DNA of 62,298 nt, the filler included, from Choristocarpus tenellus KU-1152 (Eukaryota > Protista > Phaeophyceae): NCBI GenBank assembly GCA_964200185.2. It is 6 parts of 6 records of this genome, joined end to end, with 100 filler letters (N's around TTAATTAATTAA, not from the genome) between each part and the next. Parts side by side here need not be neighbours in the genome. Positions count along the whole stretch, not along the records: positions 18,644 to 39,808 come from CAXNAD020000360.1; positions 39,909 to 44,222 come from CAXNAD020015148.1; 4 more parts are not named here. One strand, 5' to 3'. Made by a program: the position numbers and the translations under genes. The notes below the pieces were generated by a model. The model saw only the letters and a program-made list of their open reading frames with translations. It did not search any database and was not told where the DNA came from. Position 1 is the first letter of the stretch. Each line of letters begins with the position of its first letter. Positions 24,842 to 42,430 of the stretch are shown piece by piece.

Positions 24842-26369
24842 TCAGACAGTAGTGTCAAAAGTTGAGCAAGAAGGTGTGAAGTATTGGGTGTTACGATCAT
24901 AGGCTGCCATCCCCAAAGAGCTCCACTTGAAACACCATAGCTCATGTAGGAAAGCATCGACTTTTTCAAAAAGGAAACCCTGCAGCTTCTCCATGAAAGA
25001 GTGGGGAAATGAAGGTCAGGTTACATCAATTATTCAAGTGCATCATGGGTGCAAGTCATATGGTCAGGATCATGGATAGGACCTTGTACCTGTTCCTTGA
25101 TGCTGCAATAGTCTTTCTGATCCTCCATATCATATTCCTGGAGTGATGCAATGACAACATCTAACACCAGTTGAGCACCCACTCCACTAGAGCTAGAACG
25201 TGGCACAGCTGCATGCACATCCCGGGCAATCCATTCGTTAAGCTGAACCAGTGACTTGGGGCACCTGCTCAAGGAACAGGTGTGATTATTAGCTAGGACC
25301 TCTCAACAGTCAAGGACATGCACCATCAAAGGCATGCCAGCATAGTTGTAAAAGACAGTAGATCCTCTTGAACCCGCCTGCCCCAGACATATCTGAAGAA
25401 AAAAAAATGAGAAATGCAGGGTGACTAAATTATAGTTGTCAGAGCGCCTTCCATAGCACTTCAGAGTACGCTAATAAATCTTGCCTCGCTTTTGGATCTG
25501 GGGGTTGTGCTCGTAGCCCACGGCTGTAGACGACTCTTCTGGACCCAACACCACCGCTTTGTCTTTGTGCACGAATCCCACCAATACCAGGGCCATCCAT
25601 ATCCTCCGCCAGGACAGAGACTAAAGTGGTCAATTGTCTCGTGTCTCCCTTCCCTCTTGTCCTTTCTTCTGGGCGAAAGACTTTGAACTCCCGCTGAGAC
25701 TTGATGTCGTATAGCATGCCTCGAACCTCGACCTTACACATGGGACAATGTAGCGATTGCTCTAGCCACTGCCATCAGTCGAAAGTAACCAGTGAAGTAG
25801 AAGAGAACGGATAACGGAATATAGTGGCGGGAGATATTACACACATGTATGCTGGCGATGCAACATACAGGATATCCTGCTGGTGGGTCACAATATACCA
25901 ACCTCGTATCTCCAGCAGCAAACAAGTCGTGTAGTGTCTTTAGCAACCGAAAGCTTCTTCACTATTTTTGGTTTTCCTCAATTTCTCGTTTCGTAGGGTA
26001 GAGGGGTTGTCGATTATTAATTGACCGGCGTGGTGCTCCTCCTTTACCCATGGTGGTGGTGGGCAAAAATTTAATCTGTTACCGTCTGGAAGAAAAAGTC
26101 GCAATTGTACCATCTAATGAACATTTCCTCTGAAATGGTCCCGGACATACCTGAAGCAGGCAACCCTTGCAAAACACATGACCGCATTGCTCTATTAGAG
26201 CGGATGAATTGGTCACGACCCCTAGGCAGATGGGACAGTGATGACCAGCAAAAGCGTCCGGTAAGGAAATAAGGTTTGAGTCTACTGTGGACTGGTTGCC
26301 ATCTGAAATCTCGACATCTCTTCCCCATCCAGGAGGAGACCAGTATTCTTCGTTATGCGTATCTTCCAT
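24842..26369 (-). CDS. RING-HC E3 ubiquitin ligase, TOPORS-like (RING + PWI-like C-terminal domain)
   Basis: Splicing 26369-26151 to the exon starting at 25768 gives CPIC...CGHVFCKGCLLQWLEQSLHCPMCK (C3HC4). Later exons read LNEWIARD... and FLFEKVDAFLHELWCFKWSSLGMAAYD, a TOPORS-type signature. Stop at 24842-24844. Internal boundaries approximate. Confidence 0.8.
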
Positions 26370-26720
26370 TTGAAATGCTGACTAGGATGCAAACTCGGCT
26401 TGTAAAACACGCAACCTACCCTTCCAAAATCACATTTCGACTGATTTAGGGATTGAAGGTATTTTGAATACTCTTCCACACAAAGTAGTATGTACAATTC
26501 CTACGATATTTCGATCGTACACAAACACCAATAAAAAAAAAACTATTTGTGTTAACTTTGTCTCTGTAGGTTTGCAAAGGGAGCTGGCGGGAAGAGACAC
26601 AACGGGCAGGCTCCGACGAAGCACAACGCCGCTTTCACATTGCCCCCAACTGTTTGATATCATTCCTTGAGCTGTCTGTGTTGCCCGGACGTGGGGAAGA
26701 CCGAGGTTGAGGAGGCGTTC
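26370..26720. promoter_or_regulatory. Putative bidirectional promoter / 5' UTR region
   Basis: About 350 bp separate the divergent ATGs of the RING gene (26369, -) and Rab1 (26721, +); locally CpG-rich. Confidence 0.55.
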
Positions 26721-31763
<5,043 letters not shown>

Positions 31764-33587
31764 CCACATTTTTTTTGTTTGTATGGGTTTTTTTCTGTTG
31801 GCAAAGAGTCAGTTGAGTTGTGCTCTTTTTTTTCAGTTTTCACTTGTTAGCCTCAGTTGTTCATCAATCCCCCAGATGTGTACAATGTTTGAGCAGACAG
31901 GTGATAAGGGCCGCCCCAACAGCAGCAGGATGAGGTAGGACTGACAGTGGCTGTAGGACAACTTGTGGCTACAATGTCCAAAGGTGTCCGTTGAGTCACA
32001 CTGTATTTTCCCCAACCCTTCCTCTTGTTTAGATTGGACGCCCTAGAAGGTCAACAACGGGTGTATGTTCTCTTTCCCATTGGTGTTGACTTGTGGAGTC
32101 AGAAGTGGGCCAAGTGCAATGAGAATGCCCCCCGTTCAACCCACCCGCCNNNNNNNNNNCCCTTTGGTTTTGGTTGTGGTCTCCCTTTTTTTTTTTTTTT
32201 TTTGAAAATTCCCCCCCCCCCCCCCCCCCCCCCCCATCCTCCCTTCCCAAGCCTTTTTTCTCCTTTGGTTGACAGTACCTGTCCCTTGGAGTGGAGATAA
32301 ACTGGTGCTTGTGTTGAGTGCACCCCTCAGTGTAGGTGTGCAGACTATGTTGTGTTGTTTGTTTCAATCAGTGCTTGGCTGCTTTTGAGTTATAGGAGGG
32401 GGAGTAGTTTTCATTGGTTGGTGCTGCTAATTCAGTTTCTTCACTGTGCAATGTTGGGTTTGGGTGATTTTGTCAGATGTTTGTCAGCAAAAGGTGGTAC
32501 ATGGTACATTGTAACATATACACAGAGGTTACAGTGCAGACACACATGTATCCATGTCAATGGAGAGGATAAATGCCAGTGGGATGGGGGTGGTCCTTTT
32601 GATCACAGACAAATGCAATGGCTTATTTTCATGGATTATCCATCCATACTCAGCGGCTGCTTCCCACCTTTACAAGTTGGTGGGCTACTCTCTTGTGACT
32701 GCGTGGATTGGCTGGTGTTTTGCTATTGGTGTGTATTGAGCTCAAGAGTATCATGGCTGTAAGGAGTTCTGACTGTCCTGCGGAACTGGATTGCAAGATG
32801 GGAATTGACATGTTTGTGGATTGCAGTAATAAATAAAATATACAAGTACTGCAACACATTCCACTGTGAGCACGCTAGTTCATTGAGGGGGAAATGTTAC
32901 AAGAGTTGGTCCTTGTGTCAAATGTGTCGCTGTTGGAAGCTGATTTGCTGGAAAATATAGTGCTTGGCAGTTGATAGAAGGAACCCACACTCAATGTTGA
33001 GTTTGTTAGCTAGGAAGGTATTGAAGTATCACAGTAGTTGCTAAGGCACAACTAACTGCCCTATTGGTGTACCAACATCTCAGCATCTTGAGACTGGTCT
33101 GGAGATGTGCCTGAGGTTGTGATGTGAAATTTTTTCTCTGTGTATAAACTGGTGGTCGATCATAAATATTACTATTATTAATAGCTATCTTTGACCTTTG
33201 CTGTGATGCTCTGGTTGATCTAAGCAGACCATACAACCTCTTTAGTACAGAATGGGTTGTAATGGACAAGGAACAATATAACCTAGCCTTAGTCCAAACG
33301 AGGGCTAGGGAATCGTTTTGTTTGCAGTAGTGATGTAATTTTTTTTTTGTTATAATGAGATTATTGTATTATTATTATTATTTTGTTATTAATTGTGGTT
33401 GGAAGTAGTATGTATATTGCAAGTACTGGTGTAGTGACAAAAAAAGGTACTGCTGTTAAAGTGTGACCGGAAACTGTCTCCGATATTTGTTGACCCTTTT
33501 GTTGTTGTATTTCCTTGTGCTTACAAAAATCATGTTGAATTAAGAAAAAGTGGCAGCAAGTGGCCTGCACCAATACCTTGCACTAAT

Positions 33588-33938
33588 CTAGAAAAAAGTA
33601 ATAACTGCAACCGTACAACCAATCGCGCCAACCATCATTATTGCATTACCATAGAGCATGATTTTACATCGACCAAAAGCATCTGATAGAGGTCCATAGA
33701 GAGCGCTTGAAATACAGAAACCAAGAAAATTCATAGCAACAATCATTTGAGTTAGAACATCTGATACATTGAAGTAATCAGAAATATCTGGAAAACTTGG
33801 TACTGAAATATCTACTTCAACGCAGCATGTAAGTAGCGAAACGTCGGGTGAAAAAGATCCTAGCAAGAAAGCGCTAAGAATGACTAGGGTTAGTTTAACT
33901 GGCAAACTAAAAAAGAACTTACTGAAATTTGTGAATAT
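33588..33938 (-). pseudogene. Truncated bacterial Bcr/CflA-family MFS efflux transporter (Rickettsiales-like)
   Basis: Intronless, AT-rich ORF: EVDISVPSFPDISDYFNVS...NFLGFCISSALYGPLSDAFGRCKIMLYGN, including MFS motif A (GxLSDxxGR). Ends after about TM3. An in-frame ATA at 33938 just behind an AGAAGG RBS-like motif may be a mutated ATG (inference). Confidence 0.8.
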
Positions 33939-33969
33939 CGCCTTCTAAATTAAAAATTATAAAGCTGAA

Positions 33970-33999
33970 TTTATATCATATTAACTCCATATACGTCAA
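33970..33999 (-). promoter_or_regulatory. Bacterial sigma70-like promoter
   Basis: Minus strand reads TTGACG-N18-TATAAA, with TGn before the -10, upstream of the MFS fragment. Confidence 0.5.
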
Positions 34000-34038
34000 T
34001 AAAAAAACAGCTTCAAAATATGGAAGCTGTTTTTTATT
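33998..34038. terminator. Bacterial-type intrinsic (bidirectional) terminator
   Basis: AATAAAAAAACAGCTTC-aaaatatg-GAAGCTGTTTTTTATT hairpin with A/T tails, between the MFS promoter and an upstream ORF remnant. Confidence 0.75.
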
Positions 34039-35185
34039 TTTTTAATAATATGCTAGTTAATCTATTGTATCTTCTACATCGGTGCACACCCACCAACATA
34101 GTTTATTTCTTGATTGGTATACAAAGCATACCAACTTCTTGCTGAATTCTGGCAGCCAGTAGCCGTTTCACAATAAATTATTCATGTAAAAAGTATTTTG
34201 TTCATATATCACAATGAAGATGCCTTCTCTTAGTCATAACAATGTAAAATTTCAGGTAGAGTTGACTTCAATGCTTTTTGAAGCGGAAGTCAATCAAGAG
34301 GTCAATGTGATCGCATTCCATGTTGTGCCTACTCTTGTTTTGGTGAATTGTATGATCAAGGCCATGATATGGCATGTCAATACAGATTATACCCATGTTG
34401 ATAACTAGTACTTGCTGTTATAATACTTGAATCTTCAAACATGTGAGCTGTGGACCAATTTGTTTGGACTAATAGCAACATCTAGATGAAATCCTCATGT
34501 TGAAGTACATTTTAGGGGCAGAATGATGTTCTACCTTGGCTGAGCACTGCTGTGTTTGTAGAGATAAAACTACATACAGCAGTATTACTTCGAAAAAATG
34601 CCTCACACATCTCAGTATTTGAATGTTTAATCTTAGCCACGAATTCATTTGGTTCACAACACAAGAAATTATAATTCTTTGTTCCTCTAGACAATCTCAC
34701 AGTTCAAGCGTAACTATTATTATCATACAGAAGTATTGAAATACTCCCAATCAAGTGTACACCACAATATGATGAATGTATCACAGTTCTTGAGGGAAGA
34801 TTATTACTATTTTCAACTTGCACCAATTCAATACTATTCAGAAGTACGCATCTATCAGAGGGTTGTGTTTGGGGTCCTGGTCTCACTTGCACTGCAGGGT
34901 CAGCAACAGGCCCAGGTCCAGTCTTGGTATTCCCTCACCCCACAAGTTCGTTACCTGCATATGCTTGTGCTGTGTGTCCAACCACATCTGTCTGACTGAG
35001 CGCTTACTGAAGTACAGGCAAAACTACATCAAAATTGACCCTTGTGCTCAGCTCTAGATGAGGTAGTAACAATCGCATTGATCAAAATATCATGAAAATA
35101 GTGTTCAACCAAGTAACTTGAACTACATAGAAACAAGTGGAGAGTCTTGTTTATATATAATTCTATTCTACTCAAGGGTCGTCCC

Positions 35186-37449
35186 CTATGGTTTGCTTGT
35201 CTTATTTTCTGATGGTCCAGTGCCAACAAGGTCGAGCTCTTCTCGCGATACTCTCTCCTTGTGTACTGCCTGCTCCAGTGCCCACAGGAAGCGCTCCAAG
35301 GTACATGTCTGCCGCTGGATTAGTAGTACAGGTACATGGTCACAAGCAGCAAATGCCATGTGGGGGCGGACAACTAAGTGGTCAGTCAGATAGTCACAGC
35401 TGGATGTGCATGGTCCATTGTCCCGCCCGTCATATATTTTGAAATTATTCCAAGTATCAAGGATGCAAATAGCTGGTTGAACTTCAAGTCTTCCAAGGTC
35501 AATACAAGCAAACACGACTGCGGAAGTCACTTCGTGAGGACTACTTACTGCCAGCTTGTTGTATGACATGCTCAGAGTGTTACCTTCCGTACAATAGATG
35601 AACACAGTGAGCGTCTCTTAAAGTTCCTTCAAGCAAGATACTAGATAGAATAAATCTTGAATAATTTTGCCAGGACAAATTGTACAGAGATGGAGTCCAA
35701 CATAGCCTCAATGTGGATCAAGCCACAGCTTGGCCAACCTTCTAATTATGGGCACAAAAGAGAATCTTGGTGATGTTAGTTACAACGGCAAGATATGTTA
35801 AGTGATTTCAGTGGATGTGTGTATGCAACATACGTACTATCGGTGAGAACAGACAATACTTATATACACATACACATACACATACACAGCTTACCACCTT
35901 TGTACTGTCACCTCCGGAGGCATCCATGCATTACTGACAACGTCCTCACCTGCACAAAAAATGCATGAGCTTGGAATGGAAGCTTCCTAAGTGCCCGACC
36001 ACTCAGACCCTCAGCCGCAGTTGCAATGTGTGCCATGTCTCTCGCCATTTTCTGAATCCCCCCCCTGCTGATGCCAAGTGCAGGAGATCAGATTGATTCA
36101 AGACTGGAAGGAGGGCTAGCCAGATGTGATTCGTACATGATGTCGTACCAGACACCTTCAGTTGGAAACAACACAAGCCTATATGCTACATGCTATACAC
36201 AACGATCTATCCACTTGCCTATATTCCTTCCCCCTCTACGAGGTCACACCTTGTGGCAAGACAATGCACAAAAACTCATCCGAGCCTGCACAACCTTTGA
36301 TCAGAAAAAGGCTCCATTATTCACAAAAGTCTCTGCTTTGCAATCAACTCACTTCTGTCCTCCCGCCAACCCAAGAGTCATGGGGTTCTGTCCCTCTATA
36401 ACTCCAGCCTCGCTATCCCTGTCTCGGTGAGTGATCACTGACCCATCCTGCCTTCCATCAGTGTCTGGTTGACTGCTCCCGCCCTTCTCTAATCGCCCTC
36501 CTGCCAAGACTGCTACCTCTTGGGCCCTTGGCACAGCTCCTGCCAGCTCCAACGCTTTGTCCAAAGATTGGGGTAGATACAAGGCAGGGGAAATTATTCC
36601 CACCCTCACAAGTTCTTCCAGACAGGAATGTAACACCCGATAACAAGCTGCAGCTGGAGGGAGACCAATGTATCTGATATTGGAAAAAGGTTCACAAACA
36701 AGGGGGGTTGGGGAACAAGGTGACTCAAGACGTTATTTGAAGTATGCAGAGTATGTCCAAGACATCCAGCAATGATGAGATGATTTGGGAGGGCAGAAGA
36801 GGACGTCACTCTGATGAATACATACATCACTGCCTCTCAAGGTTGTGAACGTCCTTGGAAACCGCTCCCATCCCTATAAACAAGATACTCTCAACAGCCT
36901 AAAATGTAGGGTCCAATGACTGTCACCCATTCCTCCCCATATCTAGAACTCTTCCACATCATGATGCGTGCACTTCTTTTCAATATGTTCCTTTTCAAGA
37001 CGTACCTTTTCAAGACGTACCTTTTCAAGATGTACCTGAGCATACTTCCTCTCAATTCCAATGCTGCATTCGATAGTGTAAAGACTCACGACGATTTCAT
37101 TCGATAGTGTACCTTACTGTACCTTATTGAGTCACTCAACCGTATTGAGGTACACAGTGCTTTTGTTGGATTAGTCCTTTATTCCAATGACACATATAGA
37201 GCATGTCTGGCCTCACTGGCCAATCACGGTGCTTTAGTGCACTCTTTTACTTTCCACTATCTACCACAAAGCGATCTGGATCCAGATGAGAAGAGGGTAT
37301 CAGCAGGTAACAAGTGTTGAGTGGGGGGACTCACTGCTTGATGTCGGCCCTATCCACAAAAGCAAGGTCAATAGCTTCGGACACATTTGAGGTGGTGAGT
37401 ATCAACACATTGTCCCTCTCCCTGAGGTTGTCAATCTGACACACAACAA

Positions 37450-37502
<53 letters not shown>

Positions 37503-39777
37503 GCACAGACAAATATTGGAGAATACCGTTGGTGAAATACTGATAAATATTGGAGAAGGTGCAGCACTATTGATGGCACACATAAAGACTTGATTAAACT
37601 TGAGGATGCCCAGGAGTCCACAACCTCCTTTGCACTCTATTTGCCTCCTAATTCAACAATCAATAGAGTTGTCATCTACACATAGTACAATATTTTTTTT
37701 CTTCTATAGAGAGCTTCCATACTCTATGGCTTCATGAGCTAATTGTCAATAATACCAGTAAGAAAAAGATATGTTGAGCTCTGTGTACTATTCCCTCACT
37801 CAGTCCATCAGGAAAAAATATATGAGACAACTGTTTTCACTCTTCAAGGTAGCACAGATCTGTCCACCTTGCACAATAATCAATTAATACTATCAATACA
37901 GGACTGTACTTACACATAATTGCTCCCAAAAGATAGATGGCGTCGACACTTTACATACCAAACAACTACACATACTCACTCTCACACACAGGGTGCTTTA
38001 CCAAACAAAAAACAAATAGTTTGTTTCACTTAGGATCACGGTGAAGGGTATATTGATTATAATATTTAACTAGAAAATACAACTATAATATGTAACTATA
38101 ACATAGAACTATAATATATAACTACAATATGTAACTATAATATAAAATCCTAACCCTTGAGGTGGAGGCAAAAAAAAGGCGTTACTAGAAACATCACGGC
38201 TAAGTGTGTCAAACCCTAGGCAAAAATGAATCAAACAAGATGGTACTCTTTCTTGTCCCATTTCAACGCTGCTCTGTGGCACACAAACAAAACTGAACGT
38301 AATCATCGTGACACCTGTGTCAGAACAGCATTAACAACCCGAACAGCATCTGATGGTTCATTACCACCAAGCGCTGCAGACCTGGCTGCTGTCAGGCTCT
38401 CCACCTAGAGGGGTAAATGGAAACTGTCTTTGGTGATGCCTTGTGGATAGAGACACAGAAACAAAAAATAATAATAAAACAGAAAAAATCACAATTGGTG
38501 AAGTGGTCGCTAGATGTATGCACTGTATCTGTTCAAGTGACAACTGGAAAAAAGGTCCAAACCTATACCTTTCTTGCATTGGAATAGTAGTTACAAAAAG
38601 CACTCATCATTTTGGACATGAAGGTTGAATCAACCTGGAAACGGAAATAACTGTAGCAACAAATGGTATACCTAGTTGAACAAAAAGGGTATACTTAGCA
38701 GCCTGCTTACAACCTCTCCTCTCCAACAAACAGAAGCACAGTAGCGAACGATTATGAACACAGGGGGGTATAGTGAATACAAAGGGGGTACAGTGAATAC
38801 AAAGGGGGTACAGTGAATACAAAGGGGGTATAGTGAATACAAAGGGGGTATAGTGAATACAAAGGGGGTATAGTGAATACAAAGGGGGCACTAGTAGTCT
38901 ATGCAAGTGTTAAATTGCCATCCTTCATTTGCTTTGAAGCGCAGCTATTGTCATGACCTGGAAAAGATCAGAGATAAGAGATAAGAGCTTTTTACACCAA
39001 CAATGTACTGTTACTAGTGTGGTTGCAGGCTTCAGCCTTAACACTACTGCACTGGTACCCAAGACACCACCAAGTACAGCACATGCTGAACACTTGAGGT
39101 CACTTCCCACACGTAAGCATACATACATACATACATACACGAAAATCAAGTTTTGTACACACAAGTGCGTGTATATGTCAAGAAGTCAAATCAATCCAAC
39201 AGCTGGCTCTCCTGCACACAAACCACAGCATGAATGTTGTCTGTCAGATCAAACAACTTCTCCTAGAGAATGCCACCAGCAAGCAAGCCAACCATAAAAA
39301 AAGGGGGTTTTCATGGCCTTGACAGGCATGCTCAGCTATGGTACGTGATGAGAATCAGCCAAATGTATGTGACTAGAAACCACATCACCTGACAAGAAGA
39401 TAACATGGTGAATGGCAGGTGAGGTCATGTGACAGACAACAATGTGATGGCGCAGAATATTTGTTTGAACAAATAAATTAAAGATAAATTAAAAACAGTT
39501 ACAATAAAAACAAGATTTCACGCTCTTCTCGACTGGAAACATCAAAAACTTAAAAATCACCATCAGAAATCTTAAAAAGATGCTTTTCTGTTATAGGTCA
39601 TCAACTAAAGGTCATCAACTAAACTGCAGGTCAATCCACAATTGAATCATTCCATCAACTAATCTAGAATATTCGTACCTCATCAATGAGCACACAAACA
39701 AGGCACTCCTCGTCCTCGGCCAGTTCCAGGATATGCTCAAAAAGACGCTGGACGAGCTTGCCACTCTCTGAAAACCA
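35186..39777 (-). CDS. PCH2: Pachytene checkpoint 2 / TRIP13 AAA+ ATPase, 5'-partial
   Basis: Exons: 39777-39679 ([13 protein letters not shown]...VLIDE, Walker B); ~38404-38314 (VESLTAAR...[15 protein letters not shown]); ~37435-37335 (IDNL...[21 protein letters not shown]); 36673-36353 (YIGLP...[12 protein letters not shown]); ~36070-35950 ([13 protein letters not shown]); last exon ends at the stop at 35186. N-terminal half lies beyond the contig break. Confidence 0.93.
36988..37036. repeat. 15-bp tandem repeat (CTTTTCAAGACGTAC) x3, intronic
   Basis: Direct reading. Confidence 0.85.
37451..37501. repeat. (CA)n microsatellite
   Basis: About 25 CA units just upstream of a PCH2 acceptor. 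Confidence 0.95.
38761..38889. repeat. 20-bp minisatellite AAAGGGGGTA(T/C)AGTGAATAC, ~6.5 copies
   Basis: Near-perfect head-to-tail copies in a PCH2 intron; no spacers. Confidence 0.95.
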
Positions 39778-39808
39778 CTGAAAAACATCAAAAGTGACAC
39801 CCCCCCCC

Positions 39809-39908
39809 NNNNNNNNNNNNNNNNNNNNNNNNNNNNNNNNNNNNNNNNNNNNTTAATTAATTAANNNNNNNNNNNNNNNNNNNNNNNNNNNNNNNNNNNN
39901 NNNNNNNN
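39809..39908. other. Artificial contig linker
   Basis: N-run/TTAATTAATTAA/N-run. Confidence 0.97.
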
Positions 39909-40299
39909 GGGGGGGATGTTTGATTTATGATGTAAGGACATTTCTATCAAACCCTATGCACTAAATAAATATAAAAACAAAAATGATTTATTTTATTCAT
40001 TAAAACATGATTTAACTTACACATTTGCATCCACAAAATCTCAACACCATTTTACTTCCAAGTCACCACATCCAACATCCAACACAAAACGTACAACCAT
40101 GCATCACAAAACATCTTGTTCATTCCTCTAAATATACATGTTCTCACCCGTATTAACAAAAACCTCAATACACAACCCTAACCCTAACCACACAAAAAAA
40201 ACCAATAGCTGCAAAAATCAAGTGCAATTGCAAGCACTACCCTAAAAAAACAATGTGTGTTTGTGTGTTGCGGACAAGAACCCTAAAAAAACAGTTACC

Positions 40300-40352
40300 C
40301 AAACCTCTAACCCTAACCTCTAACCCTAACCTCTAACCCTAACCTCTAACCC
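40300..40352. repeat. Telomere-like 13-bp repeat (AACCTCTAACCCT) x4
   Basis: Alternating CCCTAA and CCTCTAA units. Confidence 0.85.
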
Positions 40353-40899
40353 TGACTCATTCTATTCCCTTAGACCCAAGCCCCCCCAAAAAAAGAAAGA
40401 GTAATTGTATAACATACAGATGGTCTGACTTCTCCCCCATTAGATCTGAGCCTAAGAATGGCAATAGCACGGTAGCCTAAATCATCTATCCCTGACCCTA
40501 CCCATCTCAACCCTTAACCCTACCAACAGGGCAGTGTATACCAAAGGACATTACTATACCATGGTGGTTGAAGTTATCCTGAGACATTGTCAGGGTTGTT
40601 CCATCAATCCGCAGATCAATGGGAGGTCTACTTCAAACCTGATGGCGGTGTCAAATTACTTCACACCATAGCAAACTTCCTCAAACTGATCTGCACAGTG
40701 TCAATAGAGTATGTTACTTCTACTGTTCCTTTGTACTTCAATCTTCCCAGTGTTAATAGAGTATGTTACTTCTATTGTTTCAAAGTACTTCAATCTTCCC
40801 AGTGTTAATAGAGTATGTTACTTCTATTGTTCCATTGTACTTCAATCTTTCCAACCACCATACTATTACCTTCGTTTCTATTAACCTTTTTTTCACTAC

Positions 40900-41158
40900 G
40901 AGTGAAAGCGTATCTTAGAGGGTACAAGTTTTGCCCAGTTTGTCCAATTGGGGCATGACTTCCCTCAGGTTTTTATGACATTTTCCTACTCCAAAACATT
41001 TTGGAGTAAGTAAATTGTGTGCATGATGAAAAGCTGTGTCCGGAATAAGAATGTTGACACTTCCTAACAAACAAGATATCCAAAATTACATCAAAATGGC
41101 AACATTAGATTTTGGTCCCCAAATGGACGCGGCTTTACCCTCTGAGATACTTTGGCTC
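40900..41158 (+). mobile_element. MITE family A copy
   Basis: Both TIRs present; flanks CTAC/CTAT (3 of 4 match). Confidence 0.85.
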
Positions 41159-42011
41159 CTATTTTCATTATTTCCATTGTGTTTCCAACAACATTCAACA
41201 CCTGACTAGCCCTAACCCTAACCCTAAATTCTGGCAAGTGGCCGTTGGAAATTCCACCTCTGTGAACAATAGTAACTTCTACCTAAATCCTTGAAAAAAA
41301 CAGAGGCTGGAGAGCTAATCCAGCACGTTCCGCGGAGCATCACCTCACATCACTAGTCACACATTCTCCCCAAGCAGTCATGTCAATATTCACATTTTTC
41401 CCCAAGATCATTCCAGGAACCTTCTCTCACGCTACCATATCTCTTTCCCCCTGCAGTACAGGGTAGGAAAAGCAATCGAGCCAGGATTTGATCCCACAAC
41501 CTCTGTACAAATTTGAAAGCACGAGAATGTTTCAATCGCAATCGGGTTCAAATCTAGCTATGGCGATGAAGACAGCAGTGGTGACAACCTCTTATAACTA
41601 TCGGGGGTGCCATTGAAGGTGCGTTGTTGCATTAAAATATCTACTTGTACTTTTTTTCTCCACCTTCTTGGTGTTTCTTTTTATTTCTTCTAGTTCTGTA
41701 CTAATATTGAATTTGTTTCTACTTCCAAGAATTGTGATTCATTTTTCGACTACCTGCCTTCCGACCGAAGGGTTTTGAACCTCAGACTAAAACAAAATAA
41801 ATAGAATAGAACAAAAGAAAATAAAGAGAATAAAACAAAACAAAATAAATAAAATAGAACAAAATAAATAAAATAGAACAAACAAAATAAAGCAAACACA
41901 CACACGCGCGCGACATATGACACATGACACATGACACATCTTGAGACCTAAAAAAAGGGTATATGAATTTCCCCCCTCCCCTTCATCAAAAGCACCATCC
42001 CATCTTCCAGA

Positions 42012-42398
42012 CCTGAGTGCATTAAACTCAGTGAGCCTTCGCCAGACCATCCACTGCAGGGTATTCCCCTCCTCCCTCTGCTGTCTGTTTGGACCCCAGA
42101 GTCCATTTGAGTCAATCTGACGAGAAATCAGAGGGTACATGTATTTCCAATGTATTTCAATAATTGCATCTTAAAAAAATATACTTAACTAATAATATTA
42201 ATACAACTCAGGGGACTGGGGGAAGAGAAAACAAAGGGTACATATATGTCAAATAATTTCAACAATTGTATTAATACAATTTTAAGGGTACTGGGGTAAA
42301 GAGGGTGGATAAGATGGATATCCTTCACATTTCGAAACTAATATGAACTACAAAAACCGGCGTGTTTCTTATTATTATTATTTTTATTATTATTATCA

Positions 42399-42430
<32 letters not shown>

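Noticed and set aside
38761-38889. Regular 20-bp repeats here and at 61026-61155 and 57890-58160 as CRISPR-like arrays
   Set aside because: Head-to-tail with no unique spacers, intronic, no cas genes: minisatellites.
40300-40352. True chromosome end
   Set aside because: Short, variant and internal to the contig; treated as an interstitial repeat.
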